From: Candidatus Methylomirabilis sp.
Lineage (GTDB): Bacteria > Methylomirabilota > Methylomirabilia > Methylomirabilales > Methylomirabilaceae
Reading direction: 5' to 3'
Length of the DNA stretch: 28,153 nucleotides
NCBI GenBank assembly: GCA_041498975.1
Contig: JBGQJI010000020.1
Location: forward strand, 1 to 28,153
Positions 16,609-25,596 of the stretch are shown one piece after another (position 1 is the first letter of the stretch; each line of letters opens with the position of its first letter). Both the position numbers and the translations under genes were made by a program. The notes under the pieces were generated by a model. It saw only the letters and a program-made list of their open reading frames with translations, did not search any database and was not told the DNA's origin.

Positions 16609-18243
16609 ATGAGCCAGGGCGCGCCGCCGGTCTATCTGCTTGCTGGGGTTGCCAACTTCAACCCGCCCCCGGTCTGGGAGCAAGCCAGCGCCGGGGGAGG
16701 CAAGTTGCTGCAGGCATATTGGGAGTCAGGGAAGCTTCAGGAGATCTACGCCGAACCCCTTCTCTGGACCGGGTTCGAGCGCCTTGTCGCGGACGCTGCC
16801 ACCAGGGGCGTGGACCTTTCTCACGTCGCCACCATCAACGTGGCCATCTCCTACACCCACGAGCTGGGCCAGACCACGGAGGATCAAGTGGCGGAGGAGT
16901 TCAGGCGGCAACTGGCCAGCAGCCATTTGCTCCAGTACTTTCATCACACCCCAAAGGTCAGGTGCACTCCAACCCACGCCGCGTCCGCCTCCGGGATGGT
17001 ACCGTTCAACGATGCCCTCGCAGACCTCCTCGAGCGCGGGGAAGAGATGTCGATGGTGGTCACCGGCGGCAACACGAAGGGGACGAACCGGAACCGTCCA
17101 CGGATCACCCCGGCGGAGACGACGGAGATCTTTGCCAGCCTGGTCTCCCCTTTCGACCGCAAATTCGCGAGGGCGAATATGTTGAAGCTGGGGGCGGCTG
17201 CGCTGGGGCGGGCCTATCAACACGATTACGAGCTGGTCAAGGCGCTGGACAAATTCGTGTACGATCAGCGCCTCTACACCCATGAGATGGCCCGCCGCAG
17301 CCTCTCCACCGCGCACATCACCACCCATCCGGATGAGATCGAGGACCGGACGATCTTCTACCCGTTGAAGCTGATAGGGGTCGCGCCGCAGAGCATCGGG
17401 TACGCCGGCCTCGTTCTTTCCAGGAAGCCTTCCGAAGCCGATCGCGCCGTCCGGGTCGCCGGCGTTGGATGCGGGGTGGACCCATCCAGCATTCGCGACC
17501 GAGAGAGCCACCTGTTCTCGAAGGCGATGGCGTCCTCCGTCTCCACCGCGATGAGCCAGGCGCGCATTCCAGGGCTCGCGAGCCTGAAAATCCTTGAGCA
17601 CCATAACCCGTTTCCCAGCGTTCCCCTGACCGAGCTAGAGGTCCTCCTGAAGACGCTGGGGTATCAGCGGACGGTGACCCACGCCCTCCTCAGCAATGAT
17701 GTCGGGACCAACGGGAAGCTCATCAAGGCTGGCCGCTCCGGCGGAGCCCAGTCTGGCCATGCGATCGCGCCGACCTTTGTGCGCCTCATCTTTGAAGCGG
17801 CCAAGCAACTCTGGGGTACAGGTGGCTACCCAAATCCGGAGGTTGGACCGGACGGGGTCGCCTACGCCGGCATCAGTGGGGTGGGGGGGCATCACTGCTT
17901 CGACGGCTATACCATTCTGGTGGGTGGCGGAACTGAAGAGGTAGCGAAACTCCGAACCGGCCTGGCACCATTCGATCACGACGATTACAATTCCATAGCC
18001 GAGCGCGACCTCCAAGAACAGGAAGCCATGCGGGCCGCCAAGGTCCCCGATGGCATGACTGTCGTTTTCATCAGTCATCAGGGAACCAAGGGCGGGCACG
18101 ACTACTTCGGGATTGCGCGGACCCCCGACGGGCGTGATATCCCCTTTACGGCAACCCCGGCGTTTTTTTCTCAGTTGCTGCAAACGGCCTACATCGGGGG
18201 TCCCGTCCGGCTTACCCCGACGCTCCATGCCATCGAGACCTAG
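16609..18243 (+). CDS. Divergent thiolase-fold protein (SCP2-thiolase-like, nucleophilic Cys replaced by Ser) with C-terminal extra domain
   Basis: Colinear thiolase landmarks: THAASASG (vs ENACASG), MVVTGG, PQSIGYAGLVL (vs PxSDGAAAxxL), VRVAGVG, LEHHNPF (vs EVHDCF), SGGAQSGHAIAPT (vs SGGLxxxGHPxGAT) and EAAKQLWG. About 100 aa C-terminal extension. Confidence 0.65.
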   Translation: MSQGAPPVYLLAGVANFNPPPVWEQASAGGGKLLQAYWESGKLQEIYAEPLLWTGFERLVADAATRGVDLSHVATINVAISYTHELGQTTEDQVAEEFRRQLASSHLLQYFHHTPKVRCTPTHAASASGMVPFNDALADLLERGEEMSMVVTGGNTKGTNRNRPRITPAETTEIFASLVSPFDRKFARANMLKLGAAALGRAYQHDYELVKALDKFVYDQRLYTHEMARRSLSTAHITTHPDEIEDRTIFYPLKLIGVAPQSIGYAGLVLSRKPSEADRAVRVAGVGCGVDPSSIRDRESHLFSKAMASSVSTAMSQARIPGLASLKILEHHNPFPSVPLTELEVLLKTLGYQRTVTHALLSNDVGTNGKLIKAGRSGGAQSGHAIAPTFVRLIFEAAKQLWGTGGYPNPEVGPDGVAYAGISGVGGHHCFDGYTILVGGGTEEVAKLRTGLAPFDHDDYNSIAERDLQEQEAMRAAKVPDGMTVVFISHQGTKGGHDYFGIARTPDGRDIPFTATPAFFSQLLQTAYIGGPVRLTPTLHAIET

Positions 18244-18331
18244 GCTTTGACCCTTGGTTGGCGAGATATGTACTAGAGCCTCTGAGCAGTCGATCTGGGC
18301 GTCAAGTCAAGCGCAAGGAAGAGTCAACGAG

Positions 18332-19138
18332 ATGACAAGAGAGAACGTTCACTTACAGGTTGAAGATCTCCGCATCGCTTTTGGGGGGATCAGTGCCCTT
18401 GCCGGGGTGAGCCTGGAGGTGAGGCGGGGAGAGATCTTCTCCCTCATCGGTCCCAACGGCGCCGGTAAGACCGTCCTCCTGAACTGCATCAGCGGGCTGT
18501 ACAAACCCCAGAGGGGCAGGATAGTCTTCGATGGAAAGGACATCGACTCCCTGAAGCCTCATCAGCGGGCGAAGCTCGGCATCGCCCGCACCTTCCAGAA
18601 GATCGAGCTCTTCGGCGGCATGACGGTCCTTGACAATATCAGACAGGGCCGACATATTCACATGAAGACTGGCCTGCTTGACGGCGCCATCTACCTGGGA
18701 AGGGCGTCTCGAGAGGAGATCGAGCATCGGGAGTTCATCGAACACAGGATCATCGATCTCCTTGAGATCGAGCACATCCGGGATAAAGTGGTCGGGATGC
18801 TTCCCTACGGGCTTCAGAAGCGGGTCGAGCTGGGTCGGGCCCTCGCCCTGAATCCCGCGCTCATCCTGCTGGATGAGCCTATGGCGGGTCTCAACCTGGA
18901 AGAAACCGAAGACATGGCCCGGTACATCCTGGACATTAACGAGGCGGAGCAGTGGCGGGTCACCTGCATTCTGGTCGAGCACGACATGGGGGTGGTCATG
19001 GACATCTCCGACCGGGTGGCGGTGTTGAATTTCGGCGAGAAGATCGCTGAGGGGACTCCGCAAGAGGTCCAAGAAGATCCCGCTGTCATCAAGGCATATC
19101 TTGGCGAGGTGGAGGAGCTGTATGCCACCCGCCGTTAG
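18332..19138 (+). CDS. livG: HAAT-family (Liv-type) ABC transporter ATP-binding protein
   Basis: GPNGAGKT, GIARTFQKIELF, LPYGLQKRVELGRAL, LLDEPMAG, LVEHDM and VIKAYLG. Start moved to ATG 18332. Confidence 0.92.
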   Translation: MTRENVHLQVEDLRIAFGGISALAGVSLEVRRGEIFSLIGPNGAGKTVLLNCISGLYKPQRGRIVFDGKDIDSLKPHQRAKLGIARTFQKIELFGGMTVLDNIRQGRHIHMKTGLLDGAIYLGRASREEIEHREFIEHRIIDLLEIEHIRDKVVGMLPYGLQKRVELGRALALNPALILLDEPMAGLNLEETEDMARYILDINEAEQWRVTCILVEHDMGVVMDISDRVAVLNFGEKIAEGTPQEVQEDPAVIKAYLGEVEELYATRR

Positions 19139-21074
19139 CCCTGCCGATCCTTCGGTGGAGATCACGAAAGACCTCACGCTTCCGAAGCTTCTGCTCCGGA
19201 CGGCGCGAAAGTACGGCAAGAGGAAGGTCGCCATGCGGGAGAAGGCGTACGGCATTTGGCGGCCGATTACCTGGCAGGAGTATCTCGAGCAGGTCAAGGC
19301 GCTGGCCCTCGGCCTTGTGGCACTGGGTCTCGGCCGTGGGGATAAGGTGGCGTTGATCGGCCAGAACCGTCCCGAGGGCCTGTGGGCAGAAATGGCCGCC
19401 TTGTGTGTCGGGGGCGTGGCCGTCTGGCTTTATCAGGATTCTCTCATCGACGAGGTCCAGTACATGGTGAACCACTCCGACAGTAAGTTCCTCATCGGGG
19501 AGGGGCAGGAAGAGGTCGATAAGGCGCTGGCGATCAAGGCCCGCTGCCCCAAGCTCGAGCGGGTCATCTGGGATGACCCCAAGGGAATGCGGGGGTACGA
19601 TGATCCGATCTTGATCAGCCTCGAGGAGGTGAGCGAGTTGGGCAAGGAGCTGGAGCAGCGGGAGCCTCACCTCTTCGAGGAGCTCGTCGAGAAAGGCCAG
19701 GGGGACGATATCTCCTTGCTCTTTTACACGTCTGGAACGACTGCTCTGCCGAAGGGAGCGCTGCTGACTCACCACAATATGCTCAAGATGGGTCAGAACA
19801 TGATGGCGGTGGACCCTTGCAGCGAGGACGACGACTTCGTCTCGTTCTTGCCATTCGCCTGGATCGGCGAGCAGATGATGTCGATCTCTTGCGGGTTGCA
19901 GGCCGGGTTCACCATCAATTTCCCTGAGAGCCCGGAGACGGTCCAGCAGAACATTCGTGAGATCGGCCCCCTGGTGCTCTTCTCGCCGCCGCGGGTCTAC
20001 GAGCAGATGGTCCGGACGGTGCAAGTGCGGTATCTGGACGCGCCGGTTCTCAAGCGGAAAGTCTATGAGCTAGCGATGGGGGTAGGGGGGAGGATCGCCG
20101 ACCTCAAGTTGGCCAAAAAGTCTCTCCCCTGGTGGCTCAGGATCCTTGGAAAGCTGGCCGATCTGGCGGTTCTCAAGAAGCTCCGCGATCATCTGGGCTT
20201 GGTCCGCGCCCAGCGAGCATACACCGGCGGCGGAGCCCTGGGACCGGACCACTTGCGCTTCTTCCACGCCATCGGCGTGAACCTGAAGCAGATCTACGGC
20301 CAGACCGAGATTGCCGGTATCTCGGTCCTCCACCGGGATGGCGACGTGAAGTTCGACACGGTTGGAACACCCCTTCCCGAAACGGATGTCCGTATCGCCC
20401 CCGACGGAGAGATCCTCTCCCGGAGCCCCTGTGTGTTTAAGGGCTACTACAAGATGCCGGAAGAAACCGCTGGGACGCTCAAGGACGGGTGGCTTCACTC
20501 CGGCGACATCGGGTTTCTTGATGACGACGGCCACCTGGTCGTGTTCGATCGCCGGAAGGATGTGATGACCCTCTCCGATGGTCGGCGGTTCGCCCCACTC
20601 TACGTCGAGACGCGGTTGAAATTCAGCCCGTACCTCAAGGATGTATGGGTCATCGGCGACCAGCGGCCTTTCCTGACTGCCATAGTCTGCATCGACTCCG
20701 GCGTCGTGGGGAAGTGGGCAGAGGAGCATCACATCCCTTATACCAGCTATTTTGAGCTTTCTCAAAAGGCCGAGGTCCGTGGTCTCGTGACGGAGGCAAT
20801 CGCCTTTGTGAACCGCAGTCTGCCGGCCCCAGCCAGGATCCGGAGGTTCGTGGACCTCCACAAAGAGTTCGACGCCGACGACGAGGAGCTCACCCGGACG
20901 CGGAAGATCCGTCGGGCCTTCCTGGAGGAGCGGTACAGAGAGATCGTCGAAGCCCTCTACTCGGGGGCGGCGGAGGTTCACTTCGATACGACGGTGACAT
21001 ATGAGAATGGCCGGATCGTTCACAGCAAGATAGATCTCTGGATCACAGACGTCCCGGTGGAGGCGGGCCAGTGA
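19122..21074 (+). CDS. Long-chain-fatty-acid--CoA ligase-like AMP-binding enzyme embedded in the transporter operon
   Basis: YTSGTTALPKG P-loop, YGQTE, GWLHSGDIG, DRRKD and ELTRTRKIRR. ATG 19122 follows GGAGGAG and overlaps livG by 17 nt. Confidence 0.9.
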   Translation: MPPAVSPADPSVEITKDLTLPKLLLRTARKYGKRKVAMREKAYGIWRPITWQEYLEQVKALALGLVALGLGRGDKVALIGQNRPEGLWAEMAALCVGGVAVWLYQDSLIDEVQYMVNHSDSKFLIGEGQEEVDKALAIKARCPKLERVIWDDPKGMRGYDDPILISLEEVSELGKELEQREPHLFEELVEKGQGDDISLLFYTSGTTALPKGALLTHHNMLKMGQNMMAVDPCSEDDDFVSFLPFAWIGEQMMSISCGLQAGFTINFPESPETVQQNIREIGPLVLFSPPRVYEQMVRTVQVRYLDAPVLKRKVYELAMGVGGRIADLKLAKKSLPWWLRILGKLADLAVLKKLRDHLGLVRAQRAYTGGGALGPDHLRFFHAIGVNLKQIYGQTEIAGISVLHRDGDVKFDTVGTPLPETDVRIAPDGEILSRSPCVFKGYYKMPEETAGTLKDGWLHSGDIGFLDDDGHLVVFDRRKDVMTLSDGRRFAPLYVETRLKFSPYLKDVWVIGDQRPFLTAIVCIDSGVVGKWAEEHHIPYTSYFELSQKAEVRGLVTEAIAFVNRSLPAPARIRRFVDLHKEFDADDEELTRTRKIRRAFLEERYREIVEALYSGAAEVHFDTTVTYENGRIVHSKIDLWITDVPVEAGQ

Positions 21075-21955
21075 GCACCTTTTTTGAGCTTGTCATCACG
21101 GGGATTCTGGTGGGGAGCATCTACGCCCTGGTGGCGCTTGGCTGGACCATCATCTACAAGTGCTCAGGCGTCCTCAACTTGGCCATGGGGGAGCTGACGC
21201 TCATCGGAGGGTACGTGTGTCTGGCGTTCTACACCTGGGGATTCCCATTTCCATTGGCCCTCCTGGCCACGCTTGTCGTTGGGTTTGTCCTGGGTCTGCT
21301 GACAGAGCGCCTGTTTCTTCGCAGGATGATCGGGGAGCCCATTCTGGCGATCATCATGATCACGGCGGGGCTGGCGTTCTTCTTCCGTGCGGTGGTGGGG
21401 TTCATCTGGGGCACCGATACCAGGGTCTTTGCCCCGCAGGTCTTCCCCACGGAACCGGTGCGCTTCGGCAAGATGGTTCTGGGACAGGTGTACATCTGGA
21501 GCTTCCTGGCGGCCCTCGTCCTTCTCGTGATTTTTGTGTCATTTTTCCAGTATAGTCGCTGGGGTCTCTCCATGCAGGCCACGGCCGATGATGAGATGGC
21601 AGCCCTTTCCCTTGGTGTGAGCGTCAAGTGGGTCTATGCCCTGGCCTGGGCCATCGCCTTCATGGCGGCCGGGGTTGGGGGCACGCTGCTTGGCAACATC
21701 AACGGTCTCAACATCTCTGTGGGCCGCCTTGGGATACTCGTCCTCCCTGCGGTTGTGTTGGGGGGACTCAACTCGATTCCCGGTGCGATCGTTGGGGGGA
21801 TCACCATCGGCATCCTTCAGAACCTTTCGGGTGGTTATCTGGAGCGGCTGACGGGAGGCGGAGTGAAGGATATCGCCCCGTTCGTCTTCATGGTCATCAT
21901 CATGCTTTTCCGGCCCTACGGTCTGTGGGGCTGGGAGAAGATCGAGAGGGTCTAG
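21071..21955 (+). CDS. livH: HAAT-family ABC transporter permease
   Basis: GSIYALVALGWTIIYKCSGVLNLAMGE, GLSMQATADD, VVLGGLNSIPGAIVGG and FRPYGLWG. GTG start overlaps the ligase stop. Confidence 0.92.
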   Translation: MSTFFELVITGILVGSIYALVALGWTIIYKCSGVLNLAMGELTLIGGYVCLAFYTWGFPFPLALLATLVVGFVLGLLTERLFLRRMIGEPILAIIMITAGLAFFFRAVVGFIWGTDTRVFAPQVFPTEPVRFGKMVLGQVYIWSFLAALVLLVIFVSFFQYSRWGLSMQATADDEMAALSLGVSVKWVYALAWAIAFMAAGVGGTLLGNINGLNISVGRLGILVLPAVVLGGLNSIPGAIVGGITIGILQNLSGGYLERLTGGGVKDIAPFVFMVIIMLFRPYGLWGWEKIERV

Positions 21956-22006
21956 GGTATGATGGTGCGAGTGGACCGTTGGGGGGAATTGCTTATCCAG
22001 AGGATT

Positions 22007-22162
22007 GTCATTGCGAGCGAAGCGAAGCAATCCCGTCCCGTCTTGACATTGCGGAGCCTGTCCTGAGCCCAGTCGAAGGGCCTGCCCCGAGCCCTGAGAT
22101 TGCTTCGTCGCTGCGCTCCTCGCAATGACCCATGGCGAGGGGGCTCGTTCCCTCGCAATGAC
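22007..22162. repeat. Composite palindromic repeat element (GTCATTGCGAG...CTCGCAATGAC) with nested insert
   Basis: Perfect 11-bp terminal IR at 22007-22017/22119-22129 with inner GAAGCAATC/GATTGCTTC pairing. Loop contains CCTGTCCTGAGCCCAGTCGAAGGG plus a degenerate CCTGCCCCGAGCCC copy. A second shorter unit GCGAGGG..CCCTCGCAATGAC runs to 22162. Confidence 0.8.
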
Positions 22163-22240
22163 ACCTCATCCCGTGCGTTTGAACCAGTAGTTCGGGCTTG
22201 AGAGATTCAGCAAACCTGACCTCACCTTCAGGGCGACCGT

Positions 22241-23302
22241 ATGTATTTGCCGAGTGGCGTCTATCATGAAACGTACCGGGCAGACCATGCCTGGTGGCAG
22301 ACGGCCTTTGTCCGCGCAAAAATGGTCCTGCTGGTCTTTTTTCTCCTTGTCGGCCTGCCGCTGGCCGGCAACTACCCCCTCTCCGTTGCCAACATCATCG
22401 GCTACACGATCCTGTCAGCGCTCGGAGTTCAGCTCCTGATCGGGTACTGCGGGCAGATCACGCTTGGCCACGCTGCCTTCATCGCCGTGGGGGCTTACGC
22501 CACCGCTATCGGGATACTCCAGTACGGGCTGCCGTACCCCGTAAGCATGGCCCTGGGCGCGATCCTGGCCGGACTGTGGAGCGTCCTCTTTGGACTTCCC
22601 TCCGCCAGGGTCAAGGGGTTTTATCTTATCATGACTACCATGGCGGCTCAATTTGTGACCGTCGATTTTATCATCACCAATTATGTAAGTCGGGTCGGGG
22701 GGCGGGGACAGTCATTCTCACTCCCTCCGGGCACGATTACCGTCGGTCCGTGGGTCATCGATACGGAGCTCAAGGTCTACTATTTGATGATCGGTCTGGT
22801 GATCCTGTGCACGATGGCAATGGCCAATCTGCTGCGCACCCGTGTCGGGCGGGCCTGGATTGCCATCCGGGACAACGACATCGCCGCCGAGATGATGGGG
22901 GTTAATGTCGTCCGCTACAAACTGATGGCGTTTTTTGTCGCCGGTGTCTTCGGAGGGATTGCCGGTGGGTTCTGGATCAGCTCTCTGTACGTTGTCAGCG
23001 CGGAGCACTTTCAGTTTTCCTGGTCCATCTGGCTTGTCGGTGTTATCCTAATCGGCGGCGTTGGAAGCCTGCACGGGGTGATCTTCGGATCGATATTCGT
23101 CACGGTTGTCCTGGAGGCACTGCAATTCGCCGTGATCCCGTTGAGCGATGCCTTCCCGGCGCTTTCCACCGGATTCCTCTATATTAAGGAGGGGGTATTC
23201 GGCTTGGCAATCGTCCTCTTTCTGCTCTACGAGCCGAGGGGCTTGGCCTATCGCTGGCAGCAGACAAAAAACTACTTTAATCTGTGGCCCTTCGCCTATT
23301 AG
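22241..23302 (+). CDS. livM: HAAT-family ABC transporter permease
   Basis: LLIGYCGQITLGHAAFIAVGAY, RVKGFYL, GRAWIAIRDNDIAAEMMGVN, LIGGVGSLHG and EPRGL. Confidence 0.92.
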   Translation: MYLPSGVYHETYRADHAWWQTAFVRAKMVLLVFFLLVGLPLAGNYPLSVANIIGYTILSALGVQLLIGYCGQITLGHAAFIAVGAYATAIGILQYGLPYPVSMALGAILAGLWSVLFGLPSARVKGFYLIMTTMAAQFVTVDFIITNYVSRVGGRGQSFSLPPGTITVGPWVIDTELKVYYLMIGLVILCTMAMANLLRTRVGRAWIAIRDNDIAAEMMGVNVVRYKLMAFFVAGVFGGIAGGFWISSLYVVSAEHFQFSWSIWLVGVILIGGVGSLHGVIFGSIFVTVVLEALQFAVIPLSDAFPALSTGFLYIKEGVFGLAIVLFLLYEPRGLAYRWQQTKNYFNLWPFAY

Positions 23303-23515
23303 CGTGGGAAAAGGAGATGCTCCATGTGCAACCCGTGAAATCAGACAACCGACTGAGATTCCAGTTCGTCTGCGCGTCAGGGAAGGGGGACCGACGTTGT
23401 GCCATCTCATCAGGGGAAAGGGAAGGACGTGCGTGAAGGGGTAACTCGCCCCGACTGTGAACCGAATTGAGCAACGGACTGCTGGCATCCAACTTCACAT
23501 GACGGGAGGTTAACC

Positions 23516-24769
23516 ATGCTTAGGATGACGATGATCCGCCTCGCCTGCGCCCTCCTCGTGGCTGCCCTGCTTCCATTGGAGGGAGAGGCCCAGAATGTGA
23601 TCAAGCTCGGCTCGCTGAATGACTTTACCGGTCCCACGTCCGACGTTGGCAAGGATGCCGGGCTCGGAATCCGCGAGGCGGTTCAGTACTTGAACGACAC
23701 GGGGGGAATTAACGGCAAGCCCATCAAGCTTTACCAGTACGACTACGGCTATCGGGTCCCAGAGGCCGTTACCACCTACAAGCGGTTCCGCGACTTGGAT
23801 AGGGTGGTGGCTGTCTTTGGATGGGGGACGGGTGATACCGAGGCCCTCGCGCCCACCGTGGCGAAGGATCAGATGCCGTACCTCTCCCACTCCTTCTCCG
23901 CGTTTCTCGCCGACCCCAAGAAGACTCCTTATAGCTTCATTTACGGGACCGACTACTCGACCAACGCGAGAGCGGCCATGACCGCCTGGTACGACGAGGT
24001 CTGGTTGAAGGATCCCCGGTTCAAAGCCGAGCGCGAAAAGGGGGTGAAACCTCGGTTCCTCAGTTTTTACATGAAAGCGTGCCCCTACTGCAGCGCTGCC
24101 ATCAAGGCCTTGAATGACCATGCTGCCATGCTGGGGTTCGAGGTGACGGGAGGGGACCAGGATGTGCCCCTGACTGCCCTGGACACCAAGAGCCAGATCC
24201 TGGCGGCCAAGGAGTTCAAGCCTCATCTGGTCTGGCACGGCAATATCGTGATGTCGGTGGCCACCGTTCTGAAGGATGCCCATGCGCTGGGGTTGGGCGC
24301 GGACCATATCGTGAATAACTGGGGATTCGACGAGAACCTCGTCAAACTTGCCGGTCCGGCCGCCGAAGGGGTCATCGGGCCTGCTGTTAATGCCTTCTAC
24401 GGGGAGAAGGTCCCCTTGATGGATAAGGTCGTGGAATACACCAAAAAAATGAACCCGGCTGTCCCCCAGCAGAATCGTCTGATCCGCACCGTTCAATCCT
24501 GGGTTGACGTGCTCCTGATGCGGGAGGCGCTGGTGCGGGCCGATAAGGCTGGCAAACTCAATGGTCCGGGGATCAAGGAGGCGTTCGAATCCATCCGCGA
24601 CTGGACCCCTGGCCTTGGACGACCTCCGATCACCATCATCCCGACAGATCACCGCCCTGGATCATTCGTCCGAGTCTATCGAGTCCAGAAGGGGAAGTTT
24701 GCCTTCCTGGAGGCGGTCGATCTCAGGAAGCGGTGGCCCGATAAGTGGGATAGTTGGCTTGGCTGGTAG
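23516..24769 (+). CDS. HAAT-family periplasmic substrate-binding protein (LivJ/K-like fold)
   Basis: Signal peptide (RLACALLVAALLPLEGEA-Q), IKLGSLNDFTGPTSDVG, GGINGKPIKL and WGTGDTEAL. RBS GGGAGG. Confidence 0.9.
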   Translation: MLRMTMIRLACALLVAALLPLEGEAQNVIKLGSLNDFTGPTSDVGKDAGLGIREAVQYLNDTGGINGKPIKLYQYDYGYRVPEAVTTYKRFRDLDRVVAVFGWGTGDTEALAPTVAKDQMPYLSHSFSAFLADPKKTPYSFIYGTDYSTNARAAMTAWYDEVWLKDPRFKAEREKGVKPRFLSFYMKACPYCSAAIKALNDHAAMLGFEVTGGDQDVPLTALDTKSQILAAKEFKPHLVWHGNIVMSVATVLKDAHALGLGADHIVNNWGFDENLVKLAGPAAEGVIGPAVNAFYGEKVPLMDKVVEYTKKMNPAVPQQNRLIRTVQSWVDVLLMREALVRADKAGKLNGPGIKEAFESIRDWTPGLGRPPITIIPTDHRPGSFVRVYRVQKGKFAFLEAVDLRKRWPDKWDSWLGW

Positions 24770-24772
24770 GGT

Positions 24773-25567
24773 ATGCTGAAGATCAACAACGTCGAGGTCC
24801 TCTACCATGAGGTGATTCTGGCCCTGAAGGGGGTCTCTCTCGAGGTCCCGCCAGGCGGGGTCGTCGCGCTGCTCGGGGCCAACGGGGCCGGGAAGAGCAC
24901 CACGCTTAAAGCCATCTCCGGACTTCTCAGACATGAGAACGGCAAGGTTGCCGAGGGGAGCATTGAGTTCCTCGGGGAACGGATCGATCGGAAGTCCGCC
25001 GAGGAGATCGCCCGGATGGGGATTATTCAGGTGATCGAAGGGCGGCGGGTCTTCGAACATCTGACCGTGGAACAGAATCTGAAGGTCGGCGCTCATCTTG
25101 GAGGCAACGGGGCCGCGGACCGGAACGGCCTTGAGGCGGTCTACCATTACTTTCCGCGCCTGCGGGAACGCCGGAACGTGGTCGCCGGATTCATCAGTGG
25201 GGGAGAGCAGCAGATGACGGTCATCGGCCGGGCCCTGATGACCGGTCCCAAGCTGCTGCTTCTGGACGAACCTTCCATGGGGCTTGCCCCCCTCCTCATC
25301 AAGGAGATCTTCGAGATCATTACCCGCCTGCACCAGGAAGAGAAGATTTCCATCCTCTTGGTCGAGCAGAATGCCAAGCTAGCCCTCGCCGTTGCGCAGC
25401 ATGCCTATGTGTTGGAGAGCGGTCACGTGGTGATGAACGGGCCGTCGGACCAGCTCAGGGAGAACCCTGACATCCGTGATTTTTACCTCGGCCTTACCGA
25501 TCTGGGTGCCAGGAAGAGTTTCCGCGAAGTGAAACATTACAAGCGGAGAAAGCGGTGGATCACATAA
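24773..25567 (+). CDS. livF: HAAT-family ABC transporter ATP-binding protein
   Basis: GANGAGKST, EGRRVF, SGGEQQM, LLDEPSMGLAP and LVEQNA. Confidence 0.93.
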   Translation: MLKINNVEVLYHEVILALKGVSLEVPPGGVVALLGANGAGKSTTLKAISGLLRHENGKVAEGSIEFLGERIDRKSAEEIARMGIIQVIEGRRVFEHLTVEQNLKVGAHLGGNGAADRNGLEAVYHYFPRLRERRNVVAGFISGGEQQMTVIGRALMTGPKLLLLDEPSMGLAPLLIKEIFEIITRLHQEEKISILLVEQNAKLALAVAQHAYVLESGHVVMNGPSDQLRENPDIRDFYLGLTDLGARKSFREVKHYKRRKRWIT

Positions 25568-25596
25568 CCGATTCGCGACAGAAAAGGGGGGGAGAG

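Noticed and set aside
18247..18276. Internal promoter TTGACC-N18-TACTAG before livG, and TGTGATAAT at 13797-13805 before meaB
   Set aside because: Only one box is convincing in each case, so neither can be supported without TSS data.
21628..22319. ORFs containing CHCERSEAI/CHCEG peptides
   Set aside because: Read-through of the palindromic element at 22007-22162, overlapping livH and livM.
23317..23436. Possible 39-codon small ORF (MLHVQPVKSD...) before the SBP gene
   Set aside because: The SD-like AAGGAG abuts the ATG with no spacing and the peptide has no recognisable features.
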